Origin: Octopus vulgaris
Taxonomy: Eukaryota
Length of the DNA: 64,000 nucleotides
Reading direction: 5' to 3'
NCBI GenBank assembly: GCA_951406725.2
Contig: OX597816.1
Coordinates: 126,666,001 to 126,730,000, forward strand
Made by a program: the position numbers and the translations under genes. This document shows, in pieces, positions 52,595 to 64,000 of the stretch. How positions within the stretch are numbered: position 1 is the stretch's first letter; every line of letters begins with the position of its first letter. Below the pieces are notes generated by a model that was given only the letters and a program-made list of their open reading frames with translations, was not told the DNA's origin and made no database searches.

Positions 52595-53270
52595 CCAGCT
52601 GTCAATGATCTCATAATGCATGTGCTCCCAAACATTGCACAAAGCTTTAGCAACAGTCAATGGCTCTGTGAGCGAGGCTTCTTAGCTCCACGTTATGATG
52701 CCGTCAACAAACTCAACTGGGATCTCCTGCAGCTGTTGCTTGGACAAGAAGTCTTTCAAATCCCTTGGTACTGTCATTGATCATGACCAGGCTGTAGTTC
52801 TTCCAACTGAGTTCCTGTACTCTCTACAGCCATCTGGGATGCTATCTCACCACTTAATACTTAAAAAGGAGTCTCCTCCTGCCACTATTGCTGCTCAGGA
52901 ATCTGGATCCACCTCATCTGTGCAATGGCACCAGACTGGTGGTGAAAGCAATACAACCTCACGTCCTAGAGGCAACAGTTATATCTTGGAACTATAAGGG
53001 CAAGGATGTCTTCATTCCACTGATCCCGTAAACCCCATATGACCTCCCCTTTGAATTTAAATAGTTCCAGTTCCCAATGAAACTAAGTTTTGCTATGTCA
53101 GTAAACAAGTGTGAAGGAAAGTCTCTTAAGGTTGTTGGACTTCATCTTGCTTCTCTCATGGGCAATTATATGTAGGATGTTTGTGAGTTGGGAGTCCCCA
53201 AAATCTTTTCACATATACACTAATTAAAGGACATACTCAAAACATTGTATATTTAGAAGCTCTAGATAAT
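52595..53270 (+). pseudogene. Helitron RepHel PIF1-family helicase C-terminal remnant
   Basis: WLCERGFLAPRYDAVNKLN, PTEFLYSLQPSGM, LLLRNLDPPHLCNGTRLVV, KDVFIP, QFPMKLSFAMSVNKCEGKSL, SHGQLYVGC across frameshifts. Confidence 0.88.
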
Positions 53271-53781
53271 TAAACTGTGATTGATTTCCAGATTTGTTTC
53301 AATATATTTGTTTATACTCATGTCATTGATAGAATTTTTGTTAAATGTACTTATTAACAGGAGGGGAGTTCTCGCATGCCATTTCTTAAATTTATGCATT
53401 TTAAAGTTCAATGTGTTTCAATTAAGTACTGACAATTGAAGGTGATTGCAAAGACAAAGAACTACCTGATTTTTTAACAATTTTAACAGTGAGAACATTG
53501 GATAAATCATGTTATTGACATTAATAGTTTGTACTAACTAATGTTGAGAACTGAAGTCTTTCATTTTACTTAGAGGTTTAAAAGGCATACTTACATTTCA
53601 TTATTTTCAATAACCTGGGGAAACACCAGGTTATTAACATACAAAGTTAGTATCTCAGCTACTAGGAGGTAAGACCTGCGTAATCTGTTTCATGTTAGAG
53701 ATCTAAAAGGCATTTTAAAATTTCATTATTTTCTGTAACCCAGGCAACACCGGATATTTCTGCTAGTTTGTGCTGCTTTAA

Positions 53782-54001
53782 CCCTTTAGTGTTCAGATTA
53801 TTCTATCAAACATAATGCCTATTGATTCCCATTGATTTGAATTAATCATGCATTATCTCATATCTTCAAGATCTTGATGGTGTAATTACTTAATGTAGAA
53901 TAACATTGTAGGGTAGGTGTGAGAGCCTGGATCTGGCCAGTTTGAACATAAAACATGTAGAATACTTTTGGCCGGATATGGCCGGTTAAAATACTAAAGG
54001 G
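53782..54001 (+). mobile_element. piggyBac-type MITE (220 bp)
   Basis: TTAA at 53778-53781 and 54002-54005; perfect TIR CCCTTTAG / CTAAAGGG. Confidence 0.9.
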
Positions 54002-54080
54002 TTAAATAAAACATATTACTCTACCACTGGTATTTGAGTACTCTTTTTTCCACCTTGTTTCACATTTATGTGTTTACTCC

Positions 54081-54119
<39 letters not shown>

Positions 54120-55674
54120 GTATGTGTGTGTGCATATATATATATATATACATATGCATATATATGCACACACACACACACGCATCCCTTTCTATAAACC
54201 TTGCATTCCGTGTTTTTTGAAAATTTTTTGTATTTTTGTTTTTTGCATTGACTGACATTATTTTCTTTAATGGCTTTCTTTTTTTTATTTAATTGTATTG
54301 GTGTTTTTTATTTCCCTGGAACATAAGTACGGGCATGTACACATGCTCTATATCAATAGCAAGAATGTTACTTCATATGAAATTTGGATTAATATGTACT
54401 TTACATAGTTATAGTTTTTACCCATCTCTGGCTCAGCCTCTTGCTCCTCAACCCTTCTCTCTCTCTCTCTCTACACACACACATACACACACATACACAT
54501 ATTTCTATTTCTCTTTACCTCTCATATGTGGCTCTGCCTCTCACTTTATTGATCTGTCTGTCTGTCAGCCTGTCTAATTATCTCTTTATCTGTTTGGTGA
54601 CTACCTGCTTCTCTATTTACCCTTTATCCCATCGCTTCCTCCGTCTTTTTTCACTCTTCCTTTCGAGAAACTTCCTTGTATTTATTTCTTGGGGAATATA
54701 AATACAGAATGACCATCAATTTGTTTATAGATTACACAATGTTTATAAATGAATTAACATTCTTGTTCTATTAAAAAAGATGATTTTATTAATGATAGGG
54801 AAAGGTGGATACATTCAAAACATTGATTAATTTATTACCTAAAAACTTTATACTTTTTATTTAACTGAAAAATGTAACAATCACTTGTAAATTTGATGAT
54901 GGTTTTTTTCTTTTTCCATCTATGAAACTTTACATAACAAATCTTTCAATACAAATACATGCATGCATATGCACATATGTGTGTGTGAAATTCTGTATTA
55001 ACTTCTTTTTCAGTTAGAATACTTTCTATTTCATTGAGTGTGTGTGCTTGTATATATTATCAAGTATGTGTCTACAAACGTGCTTGTGTTTGTACTTGCA
55101 TATGTCAGTGAACTTAATTTAAAATCAGTGCACAGTGTTGTGTTTACATTTCTTTTCCTTCTTTATTTTTCGCCTTTTGAATACATACTATGAAATTTAG
55201 CGGAAATATATTTCCTGCTAAATTTACAAAAATTTGCAATTTCATCTTGAATGAAATTACCAACCAGCCCAACCATTGCAAAACCTCTCATTACAGCTCA
55301 CTGTAGTTACTATACTTTCATTTTCCTTTTCCTACGCTAAATGTCTCCAACTGCCATTCATTTCCCATTCATCAGTTATTTCACTCTCCCTTTACCAGCA
55401 TGACTACAAACAAACAACCCCCCCCAAAAAAACAAAAAAAACACAACAGCAAAAAGCAAACAGACAAAAAAACCTTTTTCTGTTTATTATATGTGATTAT
55501 ATAAATGTGTTGCTGCAACATGGCCGTACCCCAATGAGTGCCATGAAACAAGTAAAACAAAATGCTAAAAGACCTAACCTTGTTATGTATGTGTATATGC
55601 ACACACACACACACAAACACATACACACACACGCACACATGTGCATACACACATGTGCACACACAAATGAGCAT

Positions 55675-55709
<35 letters not shown>

Positions 55710-55992
55710 TAAAGCCATATCTTCTTAATATTTAGAAATGAATGTATGCATTTGTATTCCAAGTTGTATATCACAGAATTGTAGCTAGTTGACTGTAATT
55801 TTATGTAGTTGTACATGTTTCCAAAGGAAAGTTCATAAACTATATCATTTATTCTTTACATCTGGGTTGGACCATGCATTGCTGCTAGCATTCCAATATT
55901 CTTCTCTGAGCTTCTTGTATATTTTCTGCTATCGCCCCATCTGAACCAAGTATGCATGGAAAACTGGATACTGAAACAATGATGATGATGTA

Positions 55993-57323
55993 CGGAGTGG
56001 AGCAGAGAGAATGGACGTTTTTGAAATGGCTATTACTCAGCCCCAGGAAGAGGGACATATGTCTGACAGGTACCATTTGGTCTATGGTGTCTTAGCATTT
56101 ATTTACTTTTCAGCTGAAAGCATGGTGTTGTGGATTATAGGGCATCGTGTGTTTGCCTATGAGAATTACATGAAGAATAACAAGTCTGTTGCAGTAGTTC
56201 AGTGTGAGTTTCGATGTCACTTCAGCATTCACCTAAATCAGGATGTTCCCACCTGTAACACAATCTTATTTTGGATGAATGCACTTCATACTCGAGGTAC
56301 ACTAATGAATAGGAGAGTGATGAAGGTGCCATGAATGGTACTGACCCCATAAAATGTGGAATGTATCAGACAGGCTTTGATATGGAGTCCAAATCGCTCT
56401 GCTCAAAGGCATTCCACTGAACTTGGCTTTGGTAATCGATTGGTAAGGTGTATTTTGCATGAAGATCTGCATTTTTACCCATACAAATTGGTCATTAGGC
56501 AACAGTTGAAACCATGGGACTATGCACAGCATCTTAACTTCACATGTCAGACAGAAGCAAATTTTGAGGCAAATGACAACCTCATTTTGTTAATGAGTAA
56601 TGAAGCTCATTTTCATTTCAATAACATGGTGAATCAACAGAACTGTCATTATTGGGCTCTTGAAAACTGAGAGAACTGCACAAAAGACCACTGCACAGCC
56701 CAAAAGTGATGGTCTGGTGTGGTGTTGGAAAAGCTGCTGTCATTGGTCCTTACTTTTCAGAAGACAGTAATGGAAATGCTATTACTGTAATCTCTCAGCA
56801 TTACATCGAGATGATAAACAACTTCTTTGTGCCTTAATTACAATGAAAACATATGCCTGTTTGGCATGTGTGGTTTCAGCAGGATGGGGCGATGGCCAAC
56901 ACAGCCAGATGATCAATGGATGTTCTTTGCCCTCTCTTCGGTGACCGCCTCATTTCCAGGTTTGCTGACATTCCTTCCCCCACCCTGGTACCCTGATTTG
57001 TCCATGTGTGATTATTTCTTGTAAGAAAACCTCAAAGTACACATGTATGTGCATAAGCCCTGTACATTTGAAGGATGATTTGAAGGAAGCTATTCATGTG
57101 GAAGTCGCCCAAATCGACAGAGCAATTCTGGAGAGAGTGGAGGCCAACTTTCAAGAACGCCTTTTGAAATGCATCAATGAAAATGGATGCTACATGATGG
57201 ATGTTGTTTCTCACACTTGATTTTGACAAATGCTAATTCAATATGACAATAAAATTTGTTTGCAGCTAAAATTAATGATTTTGTGAATTTTTCAAAAACG
57301 TCCATTCTCCCTGCCCCACTCAG
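55993..57323 (+). mobile_element. Full-length Tc1/mariner DD41D (Visitor/rosa) transposon, 1331 bp, inactivated
   Basis: TA TSD at 55991-55992 and 57324-57325; 34-bp TIR C(G/T)GAGTGG(A/G)GCAG(A/G)GAGAATGGACGTTTTTGAAA; internal transposase remnant. Confidence 0.92.
56122..57220 (+). pseudogene. DD41D transposase pseudogene
   Basis: N-terminal HTH (KSVAVVQCEFRCHF...PTCNTILFW), LMSNEAHFH (first D mutated to N), PLHSPKVMVWCG, WFQQDGA...PDLSMCDYFL with 41 residues between second and third D after correcting one frameshift; several stops. Confidence 0.88.
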
Positions 57324-59769
57324 TATGCAGTTAATTGGATGCTTTAGTATTTTATTGTTTGTGTTGTACATGCTAAAGCTGAATTTTGTATTTTGTACAT
57401 ATTTTATCTTCTGCTTGAAACATTTTTTTTTCCAGATTAGTCAACTGATTTATGTATTTTATTTTTTCCTATTTTTTAGTTTGAGGAAATAATGTAGGTT
57501 ACTTACTTAACTGAGTTGTATTGACATATTTCTTTTACATTGTCTTTTGAAATAGACTGCTCACTATTTAAATTTTGGGTCTTTTTCATTGATTGACCTC
57601 ATTGCTCATGAATGGACTGCTATTTCAAGTGACCTTTACACAGCATATCACAGTATACGTTAATGATCAACACATGTGTTTATCACCATTGCAACAACGT
57701 TAAACTAGCGATTTAAAGTGGCACAAAAGATTCCTGTCTTCACCTTAACTATAGATGATTTCTACAGAATCTTCATTTCCTTTTATTTCTTAGCATATAT
57801 GTACAACAAAGTAAAGTACTTCGAATGAAGAATTGTGATTTTGACAGTCTAAGGATGTAAAATGTCTGCTACTATGTGATTTATAATCAAATTAAGTTTA
57901 TTCACCTTTAATACATATGAAAAAGTGAGAAAATGTAAACAATTTCTCAAATTATCAAATATATCCATTCATTTGCAAGTTACATACTTGTGAATGTTGG
58001 CAATCTGGTTGAAACAGATTTTACATTTTATATCAGAATTATTCATTATTGTTATTAATGTTGAATACATTTTAATAAATATCCATTGGAGAACTGACCT
58101 TTGTTAATTCTTTCTGGTCTTATATGTGTCAGTTTGTCTTTAAAATATTGTTTGAAAGCTTTCAAATTCATATCTTCCTGCATATTTTATGTATCTACAA
58201 ATTACACACATTCTTGTGGCATTTTAAAAGAATATTAAAAAATCATTTGGCAGAGTAGAATTAATACTCATGATCTTTATAGGTTCTCCCAGAACAGTGA
58301 CATTGGTGTGGTTATTGTTCAGATTGGAAGTCTGTAGGTTGTGGCTTATAGAAAAAAATATATGCAAGGAGAGAATTCTATATAGTTCTCACTGATCAGA
58401 GAAATGATTGGTCAAGGAGTTAAAGTTTTGGGTGGCAGAGGCATAATAAGCATGGTAAAAGAAAAGGCAAGTGCAAAAAATAGGCTTCACAAAAGAAGGT
58501 ATGCAGTTTTCGAGTTCATAAAATCAGAAGCAATTGTAATAGTGGTAGAAGGGGCATAACAAATAAGTGCTGTCTCTTTGGGTTCAATGATTTAATATGT
58601 GGGTTAGTGACTGCTTGTCACATGGCCTTCTATGGATTTGATCTAGCATTATTGACTCAGATATGTGATCTGTGCACTAATTTAGGTTGCATTTGAACTT
58701 TCCATAGAATTATTAACTTAACAAGGCAAATGTTTTCTGGCTTGAAAGAAGAAACCTAATCCTTGGGGCTCAATTTTGGCAATGTTATACATGTTCCTTC
58801 ATGGAATATCATCAAAGATGATAATTATTTTCAATGCTTTTGATACCACTTGTTTCATTTACATCAGAATCCTGAGATTTAGATTACCTGTTTTCTATTC
58901 ATTATAGTTATGATGTTTATCCTTCCTGTTAAGCCACTATCTTATTATTAGTCTGTTAATTAACTTTTATTCTTCATGTATTATTTATATCTTGCTAGGA
59001 GGAAATGATCTGATTCGAATTGTATGTATTTCACCTCTTCAAGTCACATTTTATCTTTGCTATAATAATATGACATTTCTGACTGACTGACTTGATCTGT
59101 TTCTCTTGGTACTGGATTATTTTCCTTATTACTTAGTAATTCTGATTTTGTGTTTATTCCTAGTTTTTGTGGTTACAAGTTTTATGTTAGATGATTATTA
59201 TTTTTTAAGGTTTTGCTTTCTATATTTCCTTTCTCAGCTTAAGTTCTTCAGTTTTTCTTTTCTCTTATAAATATCTCTTTTATCTTTTGCTGTCCATTTG
59301 TGGGTTTATATTGTGATTATTTTTTTCTTCACCATAAATAATAGGATTGTTCGGTGATGTTAAGTGAGAGATTTAGATTAGCAGTAAAAAATACTTTAAT
59401 ATTTTAAAGTATTCAAATCTTCATTTCTGCTTCATTCATATATTTCGCTGCATTGTTTCATTTAGTATGCACAATTTTTATTCTAGCTTGTCATATTTAT
59501 ATGTAGAGTTATGTCACTTTATCAAGTGATGTTCATGTTCCCTTTTGATTTCATACTTTATATACATCTTGCTGTTATCAAACTTGGTGCAATAAGGTTT
59601 TGCAAACCAATATTAATTTAATATGTTAGATATTGGAAATGTTTAGATTTTAAAAATGTTTATAGCTATGAAAGATAGCTACAGTGATTTTGATAGCTCA
59701 AGGTAAACCATTCCTGTACCAATGTCAGCTACAGATCTTTTAATTTCTGGTACTATTGTTGTTGTTAAT

Positions 59770-60085
59770 GGACATTAAAGCACCAGACAAAACACTTTAT
59801 GGTATTTATTCTGGCTCTTAATGTTCTGGTATTAAGTACTGCTAAGGTCAGCTTTGTTACTCAACCTTTCAGAGCTGATGTAATAGAGTAGCAGCCAAAT
59901 ATAATTAACTATTCTCCTCCTCTGAAATTCAGACCTTGTACAGTTAGAAACAATTGTAAGAGTATTAGACAAACTACCTGATAGTATTTAGTTAAGGCTT
60001 TTTATGCTCTAAGATTAAATTATGGTGAGGTCAGATTTGCCTTTCATGTCTCCAAAGCTGATAAAGTACCAATCAAGTACTAGGA
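59770..60085 (+). mobile_element. Two diverged SINE family D fragments
   Basis: AGGTCAGCTTTG / AGGTCAGATTTGCCTTTCAT...GATAAAGTACC cores. Confidence 0.5.
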
Positions 60086-60109
60086 TGTGTTAATGCTGCT
60101 AAGATAGGG

Positions 60110-60660
60110 TGTTAACAAAGGGGATATCATAGAAAATTTCTTTCCCATAATCCTGTTAAATGCAGAGTTTTAAGATTTTGACCAAGTTATTTGGGAAGAA
60201 TTTAGTGCTTATTGTTAGTTGCTTGGTCAAAAATACTCAAACATGTGGGATTCTCAACAGATCCATTTGCAACAACCTCCACCTCATGTGATACATTACA
60301 GAGGGAGGGAGGGAACAACAGCTTCACTAAGAAAAGCTGAGAAGAGATGGGAAATGTCTGCATCAACTATGTCATAACTTACAGATTGACAGTTGTACCT
60401 TGCCCCCATTCCCATTTGGCTAGATTGAAATGTTTGCTTTTTTTATTACACATCCTGCAGATGGTCAGACTGACCATCTGTTTCCAGCATACTCTGGATG
60501 GTGGGCATGGTGAAGCTACTGGTGCACAGACATGCTGAGGCTGCACTACCTGCAGATTTTCTTGGACAGTGAGTATGTGTAAGATACATTTTTCAGCATC
60601 TAATCTCTTTGATGTAGCTGCAGTCTTGCATCAAGAAAAAGCCAAATTGGGTTACCTAGC
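60110..60660 (+). mobile_element. L1/Tx1-clade LINE RT fragment, internally deleted
   Basis: KGDIIENFFPIILLNAEF, KILTKLFGKNL, QTCGILNRSICNNLHLM*YITE (RT domains 1-2), then YRLTVVPCP...RLTICFQHTLDGGHG (post-RT P..GGLG motif). Confidence 0.75.
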
Positions 60661-60679
60661 AACTAGAATGTAATCATAT

Positions 60680-61057
60680 ACTCACCAGCTAATGCCACCT
60701 GGCTTGATTATAATGACACCAGTGGATTCATATAAAGTTAGAAGAGTAGCGGAAAGGGCAGGTCATGCCTTTGTCTATGAGAGGATCCATTACAACCGTT
60801 GGAAAAAAACATCAACTAAATAATGAAACAAAACTGAGGTTATCTTCATTAGGAAAATAACCAGAGATGATGATAGAAAGAGAATCCAACAAGATCTGGA
60901 AAAGTCGTACATGAAAGAATTTGAAATAGTGAAGACACGCCAGATTAAGAAGTTTATGAAACTCAAAGGTCAGAGAATGAAGACTGAAGTTTGTCACCCA
61001 CTTGTGAAAGCAGTAATTAATGTAAGTAACCAGCATCTAGAAAGCTCTGAAGAGCCT
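60680..61057 (+). mobile_element. Penelope-like element ORF, N-terminal fragment
   Basis: HQLMPPGLIIMTPVDSYKVRRVAERAGHAFVYERIHYNRWKK, then (frameshifts) EFEIVKTRQIKKFMKL...KAVINVSNQHLESSEE; resembles the Penelope/Poseidon N-terminal region (IP.GL, RERI, V.NLS motifs). Confidence 0.65.
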
Positions 61058-61060
61058 ACA

Positions 61061-61292
61061 GGCATATGGCGTAGTGGTTAAAAGCGCAGTCTACAAACCC
61101 CAAGATTCTGAGTTTGATTCCAGGCAGTGACCTGAATAATAATAATAACATTGAAAAATACTTTAGGAATGAGAACCCAGGTTCGAAATTTCCCCAAGAC
61201 ACCTGATGAAGGCTGGAGGGTATATCAGCTGAAACATTGTGTTAACAACAAACGAGATGAGGACAAATATCCGTCAAATGTAAATAATGTAT
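61061..61292 (+). mobile_element. tRNA-headed repeat with hammerhead-containing 3' half (SINE-like or Penelope pseudo-LTR)
   Basis: GGCATATGGCGTAGTGGTTAAAAGCGC...GAGTTTGATTCCAGG (Pol III A and B boxes, 61061-61132), (AAT)n linker, then hammerhead core at 61198-61243. Confidence 0.75.
61198..61243 (+). ncRNA. Type I minimal hammerhead ribozyme motif (probably mutated)
   Basis: GACAC-CTGATGA-A-GGCTG-gagggtatat-CAGCT-GAAA-CATT-GTGTT: stem I GACAC/GTGTT, stem II GGCTG/CAGCT, loopless stem III one CpG transition away from palindromic AACGTT. Confidence 0.65.
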
Positions 61293-62025
61293 ATGAAGTA
61301 AATGCTTCCATTTTTGCTTTTGTTAAACACAATATTTTAATCATTTCGAAATATTTTTAAGTGAATGTGATTTTAAAAATGTAAGTTGTTTGTACACTAA
61401 GTGTTTATATTTTAGCTTTCTTTAAGCAGACAATAATTTAATGTTTTTTAAAATTATTTTCAAGTGAATACCATTACAAAAATTTTCTTTGGCATATTTG
61501 AAACGTATTTTAAAGTGAAGATGATTTTAAAAATACGGTAAATATTTAGTAAAAGACCCATTCATAACTTTAGTGTGAAATAATTTTTTCCATAGGTTTT
61601 TTTTTTAGTGCATTCAACATATCTCACCTCCTAGGATTTGGCTGCTATTTCTAGCATGCCCTGCTACCATGTAACAGCTATTTGCAATACATGACCAGAA
61701 ATAGCTGTTATATGTAGTAGGGCATGCAAAAAATAGCAGCCAAACCTTTCCTCTTCTGGGGAAAGAGGCCACTTACACATGATTTCAATGTCACATTCAT
61801 TGAAAGTATGCAAAACCTCTCTCGTCAACCTCCAACAATGTCTGCCTCCTCCAGCTGACAGATTTTTTGTACTTTTTCATGACAGAAAATACACCATTTG
61901 TGGCAGTTATAATGAAATTGCTTTCTTATATCAGAGTAATAAGGCGTTTCAACAGAACATCTTTACCCCCGGGAATTAATGGGTACACCAGCTAGTATAC
62001 ATATATATATATATTTATTTATGTA

Positions 62026-62083
<58 letters not shown>

Positions 62084-62084
<1 letters not shown>

Positions 62085-62602
62085 TGTAAATCCTCGAGTA
62101 TAATCCTCATTTTTTCCCCAAAATTTAAAGGTCAAAATTCCTAGTGCATACTATATATGAGATTAAAAATGAAAAATATTTTCTAAGCAATGTCTGAATC
62201 TCTATTTGCTGTCCAGCAATGTTTATTCAGACGCATTTTGTATCGGTCACAAAAATACCTTAAGCTAAGCCTGAAAGCAATGAAGTCATAAAAGAATCAT
62301 CCATAACTTGCAGTAAGCAGCATTTATTAAAATAAAAGTGTTCAGGACACAGAATAACATGTAACAAAAACAATTTGAAAACATATTTACATTCCCATAT
62401 AACAGTTGAAAATATCACCATTATTGTATTACACATGTGCGGAAGTGTTTGTTCGACTAGGTGCTGCTGGCTTAATTATGCACGACTCAATTTAGAGAAG
62501 GAGTGCGTATTATACACAAGGTTTAGGCTTTTCAGGGGTACAGCCCCCTAAATATCACCCGCGTATTATACTCAAGGGTGGACTATACTCGAGGATTTAC
62601 GG
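62084..62602 (+). mobile_element. Tc1/mariner superfamily (Tc2/pogo-type) MITE, 519 bp, inserted in (TA)n
   Basis: TA at 62082-62083 and 62603-62604; TIR CTGTAAATCCTCGAGTATAATCC / GGACTATACTCGAGGATTTACGG; homolog at 47567-48087. Confidence 0.9.
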
Positions 62603-64000
62603 TATATATATGTGTGTATCTATACATATGCATACACACACACACATTCATATTGTATTCAATATGCAAAAGATATATTTATGAAAATTGACTACTATTA
62701 TTTATCTAATTGACTTGTAGTACATTACAATATTGTTCAGTTTAAAAAGTCAAATTATTCACAGCTTTGTTAATAGTGCTAGAGAGGAAAAAAGATGTAC
62801 TTAAATGTCTTGAAGTCTGACTTCATAATAGCTCTTTAATTATTTTGGAATTATGATATCTATACACCTTTGCTATAATTATTATTTATTGGAAGTAGAT
62901 TGAGAATGAAAGGATTTTTTAAAGGTTTCAAATGGTATTAATTTCCAATAGAAAAAAAATGGAAGTATGAATACTTTTAAAAATGGGACTACTTTTTTAA
63001 ACTATGTACATACTTTCATTGATCAGCAGTATACATTGGCTATATTCCTTTGAAAATGAACTCCAGCAATAATGCAACCTCCATCAGGTGCAGGATTTGG
63101 AATTATCTGGCATTTGAAAAACTATTGAAAAGTTAAAGAATTTAATTAAAATAGTCAACATTAGAAATGATGGAAGATCTAATAAGAGTTTGCTTTTTTT
63201 TAATGTTTCTCCAGGTAATGCATGAGTGATTGATAGCGTAGCTGAGAAGTCGGTTTATTGTCTAGTATAAAATTCAAAAAAGTTCGTCTCTTGAGAAAAT
63301 GAATATCTTAGAAAGAGCTACCTTTAAGAAAAATTCCTTAGATAAACTCACATTTCTATGGAATAAATGATATTTCAAATTTCTTGGTTTTTGAATCAAG
63401 TCAGCGATTATTCATATCGTTATTGATAGCTTTAATACTCTGTGATAAATAAAATTTAAGTTTTTCATGTGGAAGATGTGATATGATACATACATTGCTG
63501 CATAAGTTTTTGAATAGTATAAAATTTCATACACAAATATTAAACTAGAGGTATCTAAATAGAAAGCATTAAGAAACCAGTTTTTACAGTTAACTTTACA
63601 TTTATATGATAACTATGTGAGCATAGCCTTTGAGGTAACTAAGCTCTGAGAAGCAATATTCATGATGTTCAGATTGTGCAAATAAGTGAAAAGAACTTCA
63701 AGAATCTCTCTGTTGCATAGAAATCATTACATTTTCCCAACAGAAATCATTGTACAGTATATTATAAAAAATGGTTTTTATTAATAATTAAATACGAGAG
63801 AAATTTATTACTACTTCGTTTTTGTGTATTAGCACTTTAGAATATTTTAAACTTTTTAAATTAAGAAAAGAACACAAAATTCTTAAAATATCTGGTTTTT
63901 TTTGTTTTCTTTTTTTATTATTGCCATTCCTAATGTTACATAAATATTTTTATTTCCCTTACTAGTAGTTGTCAGACAAAACTTTATTACAACCTTTTCT

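Larger units (their letters stand above)
50540..53766 (+). mobile_element. Helitron (3.2 kb, defective) carrying a RepHel helicase 3' remnant
   Basis: 5' A|TCTTAATATATAAAA...GTCTGT; 3' CCCAGGCAACACCGG hairpin-like motif then CTAG|T at 53763-53767; PIF1-type helicase remnant inside; internal ~70-bp direct repeats at ~50763 and ~51080. Confidence 0.75.

Noticed and set aside
60640-60790. Apparent minus-strand RT motif (CPLSPLLF-like)
   Set aside because: It needs several frameshifts; the + strand reads more cleanly as a Penelope N-terminal region.
61061-61132. Functional tRNA gene
   Set aside because: No convincing acceptor stem or oligo-T terminator; it continues into repeat body. The same applies to the heads of SINE families A-C.

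Overview
Very AT-rich, microsatellite-dense animal DNA whose repeat content (tRNA-derived SINE families with internal TA/TG microsatellites, RTE LINE tails ending in (GAT)n) looks like a coleoid cephalopod, most likely Octopus. This assignment is by pattern recognition only. I found no intact host protein-coding exon; the window reads as a large intron or intergenic region. It holds decayed retroelements (HERO-like, R4/Dong-like, a 2.9-kb RTE LINE, L1/Tx1 fragments, Penelope-like pieces), DNA transposons (a full-length but dead DD41D Tc1/mariner, an internally deleted piggyBac, two MITE families, two Helitrons, a long-TIR foldback element) and an RPL4 processed pseudogene. The most interesting signals are RNA-level: (i) a tRNA-headed repeat carrying a Penelope-type minimal hammerhead ribozyme, directly abutting a Penelope ORF fragment; (ii) a perfect 164-bp-arm palindrome with a hammerhead on each strand; (iii) a tandemly amplified putative H-type pseudoknot in the RTE 3' tail; (iv) a PHD-like finger inserted inside the RTE reverse transcriptase; (v) candidate recursive-splice (AG|GT) sites on the + strand; (vi) several long hairpins.
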